34,820 nt of DNA, from contig CAVVUS010000007.1 of assembly GCA_963751345.1 (NCBI GenBank), positions 1 to 34,820 of the forward strand. Reading direction: 5' to 3'. Below, piece after piece: positions 16,165 to 27,526 of the stretch. The notes beneath the pieces are model-generated. The model made no database searches and was not told where the DNA came from. It saw only the letters and a program-made list of their open reading frames with translations. The DNA comes from an uncultured Chloroflexia bacterium. Lineage in GTDB: Bacteria > Chloroflexota > Anaerolineae > B4-G1 > SLSP01. The translations under genes were made by a program, and so were the position numbers. How positions within the stretch are numbered: position 1 is the first letter of the stretch; each line of letters begins with the position of its first letter.

Positions 16165-18551
16165 ATGGTACGTTCACTGGTAGTTTACACGGGAGCCCTG
16201 GTCGCCGCAGCCGCGGTCTTGACGTGGCTCGCGATCTACACGTGGCGCCGTGCGAGCGTAGCCGGTGCCCGCTTTTTCTCCGTGTCTATGGCCGCCGTGG
16301 CCGGGTGGTCGTTGGCCAGTGTGGCGACCCATCTGAGTAGCTCGCTGGGGGCCAAGCTCTTCTGGACCAATCTCCAGTACGTGGGCATTGCTCTGGTGCC
16401 TGCTACCTGGCTGCTGTTTGCGCTGGCGTACACCGGTCGAGGGGGCTTGCGTGACGCCGCGGCTCCTGGCACTGTTAGCGGTACACCCTGTGTTGTTGCA
16501 GGTCTTCGTCTGGGCCAATCCGTATCACCTGTTTCGGACGCGCGTCTGGCTCGATACTACCGGTGCGATTCCGACGATGGGCAACGATCTCGGCCCAGCA
16601 TTCTGGGTGCACACGGTCTACTCCTACTGTATCCTGGGCTTGGTGGCCTATCTGCTTATCCGAGCTCATTGGTCTACGGCACGGATCTACCGAAGACAAG
16701 GGTTAGCTTTGATGATCGCTATCTCGGCACCATGGATGGCCAACGTTGCGACGATCGCCGGCGCGACTTCCCTGTCGCACCTTGATCTGACGCCCTTTGC
16801 CTTTGCTATCAGCGGGGTTGTCGTGACATGGGGGCTACTGCGCCACGGATCTGCTCGATCTCGTGCCGGTCGCTCGCAGCATCGTCATCCGAAGCCTCTC
16901 AAGTGGCATCGTGGTCCTGGATCACCGTGATCGTGTCGTGGATCTGAACCCGGCGGCGGAGGAGATCCTCGGGGTGAAGCGGGAGAAAGTGGCCGGCAAG
17001 GTGTTTGGCGAGGTCCTGCCGCACTATTCCTACTTGATGACGAGGCATCGGGATATCCACGAGACACGCGATGAATTGGTCGTGGGCGAGGGAGATAACC
17101 GCAAGGTCTACGACCTGCGGATTTCGGCACTCCACGATATCCGCAAGCGCGTGGTTGGTCATCTCCTCAGCCTCCAGGATATCTCCGAGCGCAAGGAGTC
17201 CCAGACCACGCTCAGCCGCTATGCAGAGCGGCTGCGCATCCTCCACGAGATCGACCAAGCCATTCTGGCAGCCCAATCCCCACAGAAGATCGCGGCGGCG
17301 GCCCTGGAGCAGATCCATCATTTGCTGCCGGTTCAGCGAATGTCGGTCGTCGCGTTTAGCGGGACAAACCAGGTGCGACTACTGGCTATCCGGGCACCGG
17401 GTAGACTCAGTCGCGGTCGAACGCCGTGGGAAGAGGCCGTAGCTTCAGGTCACTTCGCGTTGCGTGAGGTCGTCTGCGTGAATCAGGTCACCGATGGAGA
17501 GAGCGGTGACTGGCTCTCTCGACGGCTCTATCACGAGGGGGTGCGTGCCTATCTCGTCGTGCCTTTGGTCGTGCAGCAGACAATGGTCGGGACGCTCAAT
17601 CTTGAGTCCGCCACATCAAACGCCTTTACCGCCGAGCACATTGACGTTGCGTCTCAGATCGCGACATCATTGGCGGTGGCGTTGGAGAATGCCCGCCTCT
17701 ATGCAGCGGCGCAACAGGAGATCTCCGAGCGCAAACTTGCAGAGACGGCGCTGCGGGCGAGTGAGGCCTCATTGCGTCAGAAGGCTGAGGATCTGGCGGC
17801 CCGCAACGCCGAACTGGATGCGTTCGCCCATACTGTGGCCCACGACTTGAAGACGCCGCTCTCGTTGCTGACCGGTTATACCAGCTTTATCGCCGCCGGT
17901 GAGGTCGCGGACAGCCCGGACCAACTGGATTGGTGTATCCGCGCCATCGGCCAGAGCGCGCGAAAGATGCACAATATCATCGATGAGCTGCTGCTACTGT
18001 CGAGCGTCCGCAAGATGGATGAGGTGGCCCTGCAGCCCCTCGATATGGGTGAGATCGTCTCCGATGTGCTGATTCGTCTCACGGATATGACCGATCAGGA
18101 GCACGCCAAGATCGATGTGCCCAAGGTATGGCCTATTGCCTGGGGCTACGCGCCGTGGATTGAGGAAGTGTGGGCCAACTACATCAGCAACGCGCTCAAG
18201 TATGGCGGTGTCCCGCCGCAGATCGAGCTCGGCGCGACGATCCTCGACGGCGGGCGAGCCGGGTGACGTAACGTTCCGCCACAGGGTCTCTTGGTGCTGG
18301 AGATCATGTAGAGCGGATCACAGTTCTGGGTCAAGGACAACGGAGGCGGCCTCACCGAAGACCAGCAGGCGCGTCTCTTCATTCCCTTCGAGCGGCTCGA
18401 TCAGGCCCGGGCCAAGGGTTACGGTCTGGGGCTGTCCATCGTCCAGCGGATCATGGAGAAGTTGAGCGGCTCGGCAGGCGTGGCGAGTTCCGGCATAGAC
18501 GGAGAGGGCAGCACTTTCTACTTCATCCTGCCCCGCGCCGAGTTGCCGTAG
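16165..18551 (+). CDS. HisKA_7TM-PAS-GAF sensor histidine kinase, about 3 frameshifts (near 16445, 16850, 18260-18320)
   Basis: Hydrophobic N-terminus with WLLFALAYTG and DLTPFAF; PAS (VDLNPAAE); GAF (VPLVV...LAVALENARLY); VAHDLKTPL; NALKYG; final frame WVKDNGGG...GYGLGLSIV...GSTFYFILP. Confidence 0.82.
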
Positions 18552-18641
18552 CTCACTCTCTTGTGTTGCTCCTCTCCCCGCATGTAGCATAGGCGCCCGA
18601 CGGGGCACAGCAGAAGCTGCATAGTCGCGTCCCCCCGGGAT

Positions 18642-18669
18642 TTGCGTGGCTCCTCGCTCTCCCTATACT
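18642..18669 (+). promoter_or_regulatory. Sigma70-type promoter upstream of the DinB-like/araA run
   Basis: TTGCGT (18642-18647), 16 bp, TATACT (18664-18669). Confidence 0.5.
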
Positions 18670-18706
18670 TGGACATACATAGCTGGAGGCTGGAAGGGCA
18701 GACAAG

Positions 18707-19291
18707 ATGGGCTTTCAACCGATCGACAAACGCGGCAGGCCTCGCCGGTATGCGATGCAGATCCCCAGCGGCTTTGCCGACAGCGGGGTCGCGATCGCGG
18801 CTGCGGCACTGGACGAGCTTCGAGCTCGCGTGATCGACCAGATCTCCGACCTACCGCCGGATGCGCTACGCTTCGTGCCGGAGGGGAGCACGCTTTCCAT
18901 CGCGGCCTTGGTGGAGCATCTTGTGTGGGCTGAGGAGGGCTGGATCCGGCGCATCTCGGACGTCAAGGTCGCCGGCTGATTTGCAGGCGGCGGTCCTTGA
19001 GGCCGGACGAGCCGTCCCCGCCGGGGAATCCGTCGTTCCCAATGTGGACGCCGGCGACCTGATGGTGCTCTGCGATCGCGTCCGCGACGAGCTGACGCTG
19101 CCGGCGCTGGTGTCGCTGACCAGCATCGACACCGAGTTCAGGGCCGGCACTGTCAGCCCACTACGCCGCGGGGCGTCCTGATGCACCTCATCTGGCACTG
19201 GACCTACCACTCGGGCCAGATTGGGCTCCTGCGCGAGCTCTGGGGCTCGGGGTACACGTGGACGTTCGAAGGGGATGGGAAACCGAGGTAG
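18707..19291 (+). CDS. DinB/DUF664-like protein (two frameshifts, near 18972 and 19160)
   Basis: SIAALVEHLVWAE and final frame GVLMHLIWHWTYHSGQIGLLRE (His triad pattern), ending TAG 19289-19291. Confidence 0.7.
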
Positions 19292-19324
19292 TGAATGAGC
19301 GAGAAAGCGAATGGGGGTACTTGC

Positions 19325-20827
19325 ATGATCGACCTTACGCACTACGAAGTATGGTTTGTCACAGGGAGCCAGCACCTTTACGGTGAGGAGACGTTGCGGC
19401 AGGTCGCGGACGATGCACGTCGGATCGCCGAGGCGCTCGCGGCGTCCTCAAGACTCGCGGTCAACGTGGTCTTCAAGCCGGTGGTCAAGACTCCTGAGGA
19501 GATTGCCTCGGTCTGCGCTGCGGCGAACAACGCCGATGCGTGCATTGGGCTGATCACGTGGATGCACACATTCTCGCCTGCCAAGATGTGGATCGCAGGT
19601 CTGAGCGCGCTGAGGAAACCTTTTGTTCATCTCCACACCCAGGCAAACCGCGATATCCCCTGGGCTGACATCGATATGGACTTCATGAACCTCAATCAAT
19701 CTGCCCACGGTGGACGTGAGTTCGGGTTCATCGGCACGCGTATGCGTCGGGCCCGCAAGGTAGTTGTGGGTCACTGGCAGGACGAAGAGGTCCTGGCCGA
19801 GTTGGACACGTGGATGCGCGCTGCGGCGGCCTGGCGGGATATGCAGGGCGCCAGGTTCGCCCGCTTTGGCGACAACATGCGCGAGGTCGCTGTCACCGAA
19901 GGCGACAAGGTGTCAGCGCAGATCCAGTTCGGCTACAGTGTCAACGGCTACGGTCTGGGTGACTTAGTGGCGTACGTCGATGCTGTGACCGACACCGACG
20001 TCGAGGGGCTCATCTCCAAGTACGAGGCACAGTATACGGTAGCTCCGAGTCTCCAGGCCGGCGGCGTTCAACATGCCTCGCTGCGGGACGCTGCGCGCAT
20101 CGAGCTGGGCATGCGCGCTTTCCTAGAGGACGGTGGCTTCAAGGGATTCACCACCACGTTCGAGGATCTCTACGGGCTCTCGCAACTGCCGGGTCTGGCG
20201 GTCCAGCGGTTGATGGCCGATGGCTACGGATTCGGTGCTGAGGGCGACTGGAAGACCGCGGCCCTCGTGCGAGCCATGAAGGTGATGAGTGCGGGGCTGG
20301 TGGGTGGCACGTCCTTTATGGAGGATTACACCTATCATCTTGAACCGGGCAACATGAAGGTGCTGGGCGCCCATATGCTCGAGGTCTGCCCGTCAATTGC
20401 CGATGGAAAGGCCTCGTTGGAGATGCATCCGCTTTCGATCGGGGGCAAGGCTGATCCGGCGCGCCTGGTTTTCAATGTTGCTGACGGCCCGGCTGTGAAC
20501 GCGTCGATCGTCGATCTGGGGGACCGCTTCCGGTTGATCGTGAATCCGGTGGATGTCGTGTCTCCCGATGCGCCGCTGCCGAAGCTGCCGGTCGCACGTG
20601 TCGTCTGGGTGCCCAGGCCCAATCTGAAGGTTGGGGCGGGGGCCTGGATTCTTGCCGGCGGCGCACATCACACCAGCTTCAGCCAGGTGCTGACGAGCGA
20701 GCACCTCGAGGATTTCGCCGAGATGGCCGGGATCGAGTGTCTGGTCATCGATGAGACGACCGACCTGCGCGCGTTCAAGAATGAGCTGCGGTGGAACGCG
20801 GCGTATTACCGGCTGGCAGGAATCTGA
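19325..20827 (+). CDS. araA: L-arabinose isomerase
   Basis: [73 protein letters not shown]; about 500 aa. Confidence 0.97.
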   Translation: MIDLTHYEVWFVTGSQHLYGEETLRQVADDARRIAEALAASSRLAVNVVFKPVVKTPEEIASVCAAANNADACIGLITWMHTFSPAKMWIAGLSALRKPFVHLHTQANRDIPWADIDMDFMNLNQSAHGGREFGFIGTRMRRARKVVVGHWQDEEVLAELDTWMRAAAAWRDMQGARFARFGDNMREVAVTEGDKVSAQIQFGYSVNGYGLGDLVAYVDAVTDTDVEGLISKYEAQYTVAPSLQAGGVQHASLRDAARIELGMRAFLEDGGFKGFTTTFEDLYGLSQLPGLAVQRLMADGYGFGAEGDWKTAALVRAMKVMSAGLVGGTSFMEDYTYHLEPGNMKVLGAHMLEVCPSIADGKASLEMHPLSIGGKADPARLVFNVADGPAVNASIVDLGDRFRLIVNPVDVVSPDAPLPKLPVARVVWVPRPNLKVGAGAWILAGGAHHTSFSQVLTSEHLEDFAEMAGIECLVIDETTDLRAFKNELRWNAAYYRLAGI

Positions 20828-20915
20828 GAATGGGAGAAAACAGAATGAGAGAATCAAGAATGGAAGAATCGGGCGTGAGCCGGCCGGTTCTGAATGCTTC
20901 GAATCTCTCATTCTG
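20826..20915. repeat. Degenerate 7-8 nt AGAAT tandem repeat with an inverted arm
   Basis: GAGAATGG GAGAAAA CAGAATGA GAGAATCA AGAATGG AAGAATCG; 20841-20852 is the exact reverse complement of 20904-20915. Confidence 0.65.
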
Positions 20916-20926
20916 CATCTGAGACT

Positions 20927-21992
20927 ATGAAAGCTATCATCCTCAAAGAACCACGCAATCTACAGCTTATTGAGGTGCCGCGCCCCATCCTGACGGCGCC
21001 GGAGCACGTCCTGATCGAGGTCAAGGCTTGTGGTATCTGCGGGAGCGACCTGCGTTATTGGGCGGGTGAGAATCCCTGGGCACTCCATACTCTCGGCAAG
21101 CACGTCGACAACCCCGCGAATATGACGCTGGGGCACGAGTTCTCGGGGATCGTAGTGGAGGTCAATGACGCCCGGTACGAGTCTCTCCTGGGCCAACGGG
21201 TGGGCGCGCAGGCCTTTCGCACTTGCGGTGTCTGCGAACTCTGCCGCAGCGGCCACGAGAACCTCTGCAGGCAGACGCTGCACATCGGACACGCCCAGGG
21301 GTGGGGAGAACGGTCCTTCTATCCGGGCGCCTACGCTGACTACTGCCTGGCCTGGGCAGACCTGCTGCACCCCATGGCGGATCACGTGAGCTTCGAGGAA
21401 GAGGCGATGCGCGACTTCCTGGGCGTCGCCGTGCACGCGGTGGGTCGCACCGACTTCACGTCGGGCGCGACGGTCCTCTGTATCGGCGGCGGCCCGGTGG
21501 GGTTGAGCATCGCCCAGGTCGCCAGGGCGATGGGAGCCGGAAGGATTGTCATCTCCGAGCCTGCGCCGGTGGCTCAAGCCGTGATCACCCGCTATGAGGG
21601 GTTCACGTGCCTCGATCCGGATCAAGTCGACCTCGTCGAGGCGCTTGGGCCCGCCACGTGTGCTGCGGTCTTCGACACCGTAGGCACGCCGGAGACTATG
21701 GCAACCGGGCTGGCCCTGCTCTCGGAGGCCGGGACCTACGTCAACCTGGCGGTGCACGACACCGCACTGACTTTGAACGCGATGGACCTGGGCTCCGAGC
21801 GGCGGATGACCACGTCATCGAACGCTCTCTATCGCGACGAGCGAGAGGCGCACGAGCTGATCGCCTCGCGGTGCCGTCAACATGGCCGAGATGATCACCC
21901 ACCGCTTCCCCCTAGAGGACTTCGCCGATGCCTACGCGCTGCTCCTGGCGGAGCCCAAGCAGGCATACAAAGTCGTCTTCACGACGGAATAG
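20927..21992 (+). CDS. Zn-dependent (MDR) sugar/polyol dehydrogenase (frameshift near 21868)
   Basis: CGICGSD, GHEFSG, CGVCELC...C, GGGPVG; alternate frame ends MITHRFPLEDFADAY...YKVVFTTE. Confidence 0.88.
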
Positions 21993-22004
21993 GAGACTTA
22001 CGCT

Positions 22005-22958
22005 ATGATTCGTGTGTCCGTTTGGTATCGCGATCTTTCCGACAGCTATCTGCGCATGGTCTCCCAGCTGGGTGCCGATTGTCTCGACTTCGGGGCCGGG
22101 GACGCCTTTCCAGGCGTCAAGGAGCAGGGATACGCCGATCTCGATGGCGTCCTTGCCATGAAGAAGACGATCGGGTCGTGGGGACTCGGGATCAACCGGG
22201 TGACCCTTCCCGACATTCCCGAGGCGTATATGGCGGGCGATATCGATGATGAGACCGCTATCGAGAACGCCTGCAGGGCGCTCGAAGTTTTCGGCGAGGC
22301 AGGCATCCCCATTGCGCGCCAGCGGTTCGGCGGGGACGCGATGCCCCACTTGACCAAGACCTATGCCGCGGTGCATCGGGGCGGATACCGTTCGCGTGGC
22401 GAGTACGCCCACTGGGCGGACCCGGTGCTGCGCTCGCCGGAAGCCGTGGATGCCTGGTGGGCACGGTTCCGCCGGGTCTTTGAGCGGCTTGTGCCCGCAG
22501 CGGAAGCCGCAGGTGTGAAGCTGGCGGTCCACCCGTCCGATACGCCCTACGCCGGCACAGCATTCGACAGCCTGGGCTTCCACCGCATCATCGACGCTTT
22601 CCCAAGCCGGGCGGTCGGCTATCTCTACTGCATTGGCACCCGCGCCGAGGCAGGGGGCTCCGCTCTCGTCCTCGACGAGATCAACCACTATGGCCGCAAG
22701 GGTCGCATCTTCACCGCACATTTCCGCAACGTCCGCGGGAGCCTGGCGACGGCAGGCGGCTTCGAAGAGGTGCTGCTTGACGATGGGGATATGAATATGG
22801 CTACGATCCTGGCAGCCCTGCACAAGGTAGGCTTTGACGGCTGCGTCAATCCCGATCACATCCCCGAACTTGAGGGAGATCATGGCAACGTCAGCCTCGG
22901 TCTTGCCTACTCGGTCGGCTACATCAAGGCGCTGTTGGCGGCGCTGGCAGCTTTCTGA
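22005..22958 (+). CDS. uxuA: Mannonate dehydratase family protein (divergent, short)
   Basis: LVPAAEAAGVKLAVHPSD, YCIGT, I..AHFRNVRG, F.E...DDGDMNM, PDHIP, AYSVGYIKAL. Confidence 0.78.
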   Translation: MIRVSVWYRDLSDSYLRMVSQLGADCLDFGAGDAFPGVKEQGYADLDGVLAMKKTIGSWGLGINRVTLPDIPEAYMAGDIDDETAIENACRALEVFGEAGIPIARQRFGGDAMPHLTKTYAAVHRGGYRSRGEYAHWADPVLRSPEAVDAWWARFRRVFERLVPAAEAAGVKLAVHPSDTPYAGTAFDSLGFHRIIDAFPSRAVGYLYCIGTRAEAGGSALVLDEINHYGRKGRIFTAHFRNVRGSLATAGGFEEVLLDDGDMNMATILAALHKVGFDGCVNPDHIPELEGDHGNVSLGLAYSVGYIKALLAALAAF

Positions 22959-23001
22959 TCAATCGTCACTTGTTACTCGTCGTTAAGAACAGGACACACG
23001 T

Positions 23002-23946
23002 ATGAACATCGACACTTCTCCCCTTTTCGAGCCGCTGCAGATCCGCGACCGCGTACTCCGCAATCGTATCGTGGTGCCGCCGATGGTGGTGAACCGCGAT
23101 CTTGGCGGGCCGTCCGGCGCTGCGTGGTATGGGCGACGCGCACAAGGCGGCGCGTCCCTGGTCACGGTGGAATCCACCGACATCGGTCGCTTCGGCCGCG
23201 AGCTCACTGCCGACAACCTGGCGCCCCTGGTCGATGCAGTTCACGCCGCGGGCGCGCTGGTCTCGATTCAGCTCTTTCCTACCGTCCGTCTGCGGCGGGT
23301 GACGCCTGAAGAGCTCACCTCGGAGGAGATCACGGCTATACACGCGGCGTATCGCAAAGCCGTGGACATCTGCGTCCGTGCGGGCTTCGACGGCGTGGAG
23401 CCACATGGGGCCCACGGATACGTCCTCAACCAGTTTTTCTCTCCCGTGCAGAACCTGCGGACCGACCGCTATGGCGGCGACCTGGAGAGCCGTATGCGTA
23501 TGGCCATCGAGATCGTGGAGACGATCAAAGCCGTCGCAGGCGACGCGCTGTTGCTCTTCTACCGGCACACGCCGGTGGGGCAGGGCTATGGCATTGAGGA
23601 GAGCCTGGTGCTGGCCGAGGCGCTGGTGGACGCGGGCGTCGACGTCCTCGATCTCTCGCCTTCCAGCGTGGACGCGCCGGGCGATCGCGCGGCGCCCTTC
23701 ATGTCTCTTGGCGTCCCCATCATCGCAGTCAATGAGCTGGACGAGGTCGACCGGGCACTGACGGTGCTCAATGAGGGGCGTGCCGACTTGGTGGCCGTCG
23801 GGCGCGCCATGATCGCCGATCCCGACTGGCCGATCAAGGTCAAGCAGGGGCGCTTCGACGATATTGTGCGCTGCACCCGCTGTGACGGCTGCCACGCGGA
23901 TCTGCGCAGGGGTGTTGAGGTGGGATGTGCGCAGTGGGACGAGTGA
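23002..23946 (+). CDS. NADH:flavin oxidoreductase (Old Yellow Enzyme family) with C-terminal Fe-S-type Cys motif
   Basis: LRNRIVVPPM, AGFDGVEPHGAHGY.LNQF.SP..N.RTD.YGG, GRAMIADPDW, CTRCDGC...C. Confidence 0.92.
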   Translation: MNIDTSPLFEPLQIRDRVLRNRIVVPPMVVNRDLGGPSGAAWYGRRAQGGASLVTVESTDIGRFGRELTADNLAPLVDAVHAAGALVSIQLFPTVRLRRVTPEELTSEEITAIHAAYRKAVDICVRAGFDGVEPHGAHGYVLNQFFSPVQNLRTDRYGGDLESRMRMAIEIVETIKAVAGDALLLFYRHTPVGQGYGIEESLVLAEALVDAGVDVLDLSPSSVDAPGDRAAPFMSLGVPIIAVNELDEVDRALTVLNEGRADLVAVGRAMIADPDWPIKVKQGRFDDIVRCTRCDGCHADLRRGVEVGCAQWDE

Positions 23947-23965
23947 CATCGCAGCCCTCGTTGTT

Positions 23966-25123
23966 CTATCCCAGCCGCTTCCGAAACGTGACCGCCGCCA
24001 GCACCATCACGACCGTGCTGTAGATCGCCAATGCGATCACGTCGCTCCATAGGAAGGTGATCCCAATGCCCTTGGTGATGATGCCGCGCACGATGCGGAT
24101 GTAGTACGTCAGGGGGATCAGGTTGCCGATCGCCTTGATCACGGGAGGCATCGGCCCGCGGGGGTAGATGAAGCCGGTCAGCAACTGGCTTAACATCATC
24201 AGCAACGACGTGAGCTGTTGCGTCTCCTTCTGGTTGCGAGCCGCGGTGGAGATCAACAGTCCCAACCCCAGGCCCGACACGAGGAATACCAACGACAGCC
24301 AGGCGTAGAGCCATACATTCCCTCGGAAGGGGACGCCGAACCACGTAACGCCCAGCACGGTCACCACGATCTGGTCGAACACTACCAGCGCGATATTGGG
24401 GATGAGCTTGCCGACGACAAGCTCAATCGGTCGGACCGGAGTGACCAGGATCTGCTCCAACGTACCTAGCTCGTACTCGCGCACGACCGACTGCGCGGTC
24501 GTGTTTACGGCAAGCACCTGGAGCAGCATAGCGATAAGGCCGGGCATCACAAAGATCATGTCGTTGAGGTTTGGGTTGTAGAGCACGCGGGAGGAGGATC
24601 GGATTGGGATCGTCTCCAGGTGCTGCCCCACCTGTTCGAGTCTGGTCGTCAGCAGGTCCAGCGACCGCGCATTAGCAATGGCGACCGCGGCACTGTAACC
24701 GGCTTGCACCGAGAAGGAATCGGAGCCATCCAGGATCACCAGCGCCTGGGCAGTGCCTGCCCCGATCTGTGCTTCGAAATCCGGCGGGATCACCACGCCC
24801 GCCCGGGCCTCGCCGCGGTCAATTGCAGCCAAGACCTCACGCTCATCCTTGACATACTCAAGGATGTCGAAGTAACCGGAGACCTCGAGGGCATCGACGA
24901 AGGCATAGCTCTGGTTGTCGAGGCTCAGGTCCGCAACGACCGTGGGGAGGTGGTCTGCGGTGAGTCTCACAGCATATGCGAAAAGCACGAGCTGGATCAC
25001 CGGCATCATGAGGATCAGCGCCAATGTGCGCTTGTCGCGCACGCGCTCAATCAACTCCTTCTGCATGATCGCCAGCAGACGTTGTGCGCTCCGCCGTGCC
25101 CGCTCCCGAATCCCGTGGCCCAT
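23966..25123 (-). CDS. ABC-2 type exporter permease (YbhR/YbhS-like)
   Basis: KE......RD, LFAYA, YNP.L, VREYELGTLEQILVTP, P..YY...RGII.KG; start probably ATG 25123. Confidence 0.9.
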   Translation of the reverse strand: MGHGIRERARRSAQRLLAIMQKELIERVRDKRTLALILMMPVIQLVLFAYAVRLTADHLPTVVADLSLDNQSYAFVDALEVSGYFDILEYVKDEREVLAAIDRGEARAGVVIPPDFEAQIGAGTAQALVILDGSDSFSVQAGYSAAVAIANARSLDLLTTRLEQVGQHLETIPIRSSSRVLYNPNLNDMIFVMPGLIAMLLQVLAVNTTAQSVVREYELGTLEQILVTPVRPIELVVGKLIPNIALVVFDQIVVTVLGVTWFGVPFRGNVWLYAWLSLVFLVSGLGLGLLISTAARNQKETQQLTSLLMMLSQLLTGFIYPRGPMPPVIKAIGNLIPLTYYIRIVRGIITKGIGITFLWSDVIALAIYSTVVMVLAAVTFRKRLG

Positions 25124-25128
25124 CGCGG

Positions 25129-26263
25129 CTAGTCCAACTTCGTCCTGAATGCCCGAATCGCCACACCCATCACGATGATGACATAGATCGCCAGCGCCAC
25201 GACCTGCTCCCACAGCACTTCAAACCCGACGCCCTTGGTGATAATACCTCGTGCGATTGGGATGAAGTATGTGAGGGGGAATAGGTCGCCGATGACGCGC
25301 ACCACGGGCGGCATCAAGTAGCGGGGAAACATGAAGCCGCCCAGGACGAGTCCGATGAGCATGATGAGCATCGCCTGCTGCTGGGACTGTTTCTGGTTCT
25401 CCGAGATCGTGGACACGAGCAGTCCCATCCCCAGTCCTGAGAAGACGTACAGGAAAGCAAGCCACGCGAAGAGCCCAAAGTTCCCCTTGAACGGCACGCC
25501 GAACCAGAAGATCCCAATCGCCAGGATGGTCAGCATGTTGACCATTGCGATGACGACCTGGGGGAGTATTTTCCCAAACATTAGCTCACCGGCCCTGATA
25601 GGGGTGACCAGGAGCTGCTCCAGAGGTCCCTGCCTCACGCTCCCGCACGATCGCAGCCGCCGTTAACGTGATCGTCTGGGTCTGCAGGATCGTGGCGATC
25701 ATCCCGGGAATCAGGAAGATCAGGTCCTTGAGGTCGGGGTTATAGAGGATGCGAACCCTAAGATCGAGGGGCATCAACTCCGCAGCATTCGTGACGGCGC
25801 CCGAGCGCTCCAGGCGTGTCCAGACGATCTCCGTAGCGTGTGCCTGGGCAATGGCGTTGATGTTGTTGTAGGCTGTCTGCGAGGTGAAGACATCCGACCC
25901 GTCCACCAGAAGGAGCGCCTGGGCATCACCTTGTACCACATGCGCAGCGAATCCAGGCGGGATCACAATGCCCGCCTGAGCGGCACCCTCGTCAATCGCG
26001 CGGACTACGTCTCTTTCGGTGGCAACATAGTACACCACGTCGAAGTAGCCGGACGACGTCATCGCTGCGACGTACGAGTGGCTCTCGCGATCCAGGCTCT
26101 GGTCGGCGACGACCGTCGGGATATGCTCCACGTTCATCCGGATGGCGTAGGCGAAGATGATCAACTGCGCGATGGGCAGGCCGATCTGGATCGCCAAGCT
26201 CCGGCGATCTCGCAGGGTCTGGATGAACTCTTTCTGAATGACGGCCCAAATACGAAGCCACAT
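25129..26263 (-). CDS. ABC-2 type exporter permease (YbhS-like; frameshift near 25628)
   Basis: ORF 25586..26263 (KEFIQTLRD...IVRERE.G) joins ORF 25129..25638 (LEQLLVTP...FRTKLD). Confidence 0.88.
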
Positions 26264-26265
26264 GG

Positions 26266-26350
26266 AGAATCAGCGAATGAAAGAATCACAGAATGGAGAA
26301 TGGAAGTGCGAGAGAGTGCGGGAACAAGAGAGATCGGCAGGTGGGTCGGT
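26266..26350. repeat. Degenerate ~8-nt purine-rich repeat tract
   Basis: GAGAATCA GCGAATGA AAGAATCA CAGAATG GAGAATGG then GAGAG/GTGC variants; same unit as 20826-20870. Confidence 0.6.
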
Positions 26351-26386
26351 AAGAGCCGGCAACGGTGTGGTTCAGCATGTCGGAAG

Positions 26387-26449
26387 ATGGTAGTGCAGCG
26401 AAGGGGATTGTCAACACAGCTTTGACAGCCGGTGGCGTCCCTCTATACT
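26387..26449. promoter_or_regulatory. Back-to-back divergent sigma70-type promoters (permeases / rbsK)
   Basis: Minus: TTGACA (26409-26414), 16 bp, TACCAT (26387-26392). Plus: TTGACA (26422-26427), 16 bp, TATACT (26444-26449). Confidence 0.65.
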
Positions 26450-26528
26450 CCAGCGCGATGGTTCGATTCGATGCGATCGTTTCCGGCCCAAAGAGCCGGC
26501 GCACACGGGCCCGGAGTCCCAAGGAGGC

Positions 26529-27477
26529 GTGATGAACCAACGACCCAGGATTGCTGTCGTGGGCAGCTTCAACACCGACCTGCTGGTGAGAACGCCGCGC
26601 ATCCCCGTGCGTGGTGAGACGATCCTCGGACGGGACTACCGTACCGGCCCAGGGGGCAAGGGCGCCAACCAGGCGGTAGCGGCGGCCCGGCTGGGTGCCG
26701 ATGTCACGATGGTGGTGAAACTCGGGACGGATGACCTGGGCGATCGAGCCGAGCGGAATCTGCGGGCGGAAGGCGTCCGGGGCGACTACATCCTGCGCAC
26801 CGGCGCCACACACACCGGGGTTGCCTTCATCATCGTCGACGACGGGGGCGAGAACGTGATTGTGGTCGCTCCAGGGGCCAATGAGGCGCTGTCACCCGAG
26901 GACGTGGAGGCGGCCCAGGAGGCGATCGCTTCGGCGAATGTCGTATTGGTCCAGTTGGAGGTGCCGCTGGCAACAGTCGAATCGTGCCCTGCGGATCGCC
27001 CACGAAGCCGGTGTGCGAACCGTCCTCAATCCCGCACCGGGTCGTCCGCTGGACCGAGATCTCCTGGGGATGGTCGACGTGCTCACGCCCAATGAGACCG
27101 AAGCCACAATTATCGCCGGGCTGCCGACCGGAACACTCGGCGAGGCGGAAGCGGCAGGTCGCCACCTGCTGCAGATGGGTGTGCGCACCGTCGTGATGAC
27201 GCTGGGTGCGAATGGTGCGCTCATTGTCTCCGGAGGGGGGCGCGACGACGTGGCGGGCGTGCTGCACGTGCCCGGACGGCGCGTGGGGGTTGTGGACACC
27301 ACGGGTGCCGGCGATGCCTTTAGCGGGGCACTTGCGGTTGCCCTCGCGGAGGGCTTGCCGGTGTCTGAGGCCGTGGTCTTCGCCAATGCTGCGGCTGCCC
27401 TTCAGGTGACCAAGATCGGCACGGCTCCGGCGATGCCTTACCGGGGTGAGGTCGAGGCGTTTCTACGATCCAGCTGA
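26529..27477 (+). CDS. rbsK: Ribokinase (PfkB family; frameshift near 26980)
   Basis: VVGSFNTD, GGKGANQAVAAARLG, GENVIVVAPGAN, QLEVP, LNPAP, PNETE, DTTGAGDAF; AAGGAGG SD. Confidence 0.9.
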
Positions 27478-27526
27478 GATTCCCTATAGATTCCTTGCGC
27501 ATAGCCCGAAACACCTACGGAGGCCG

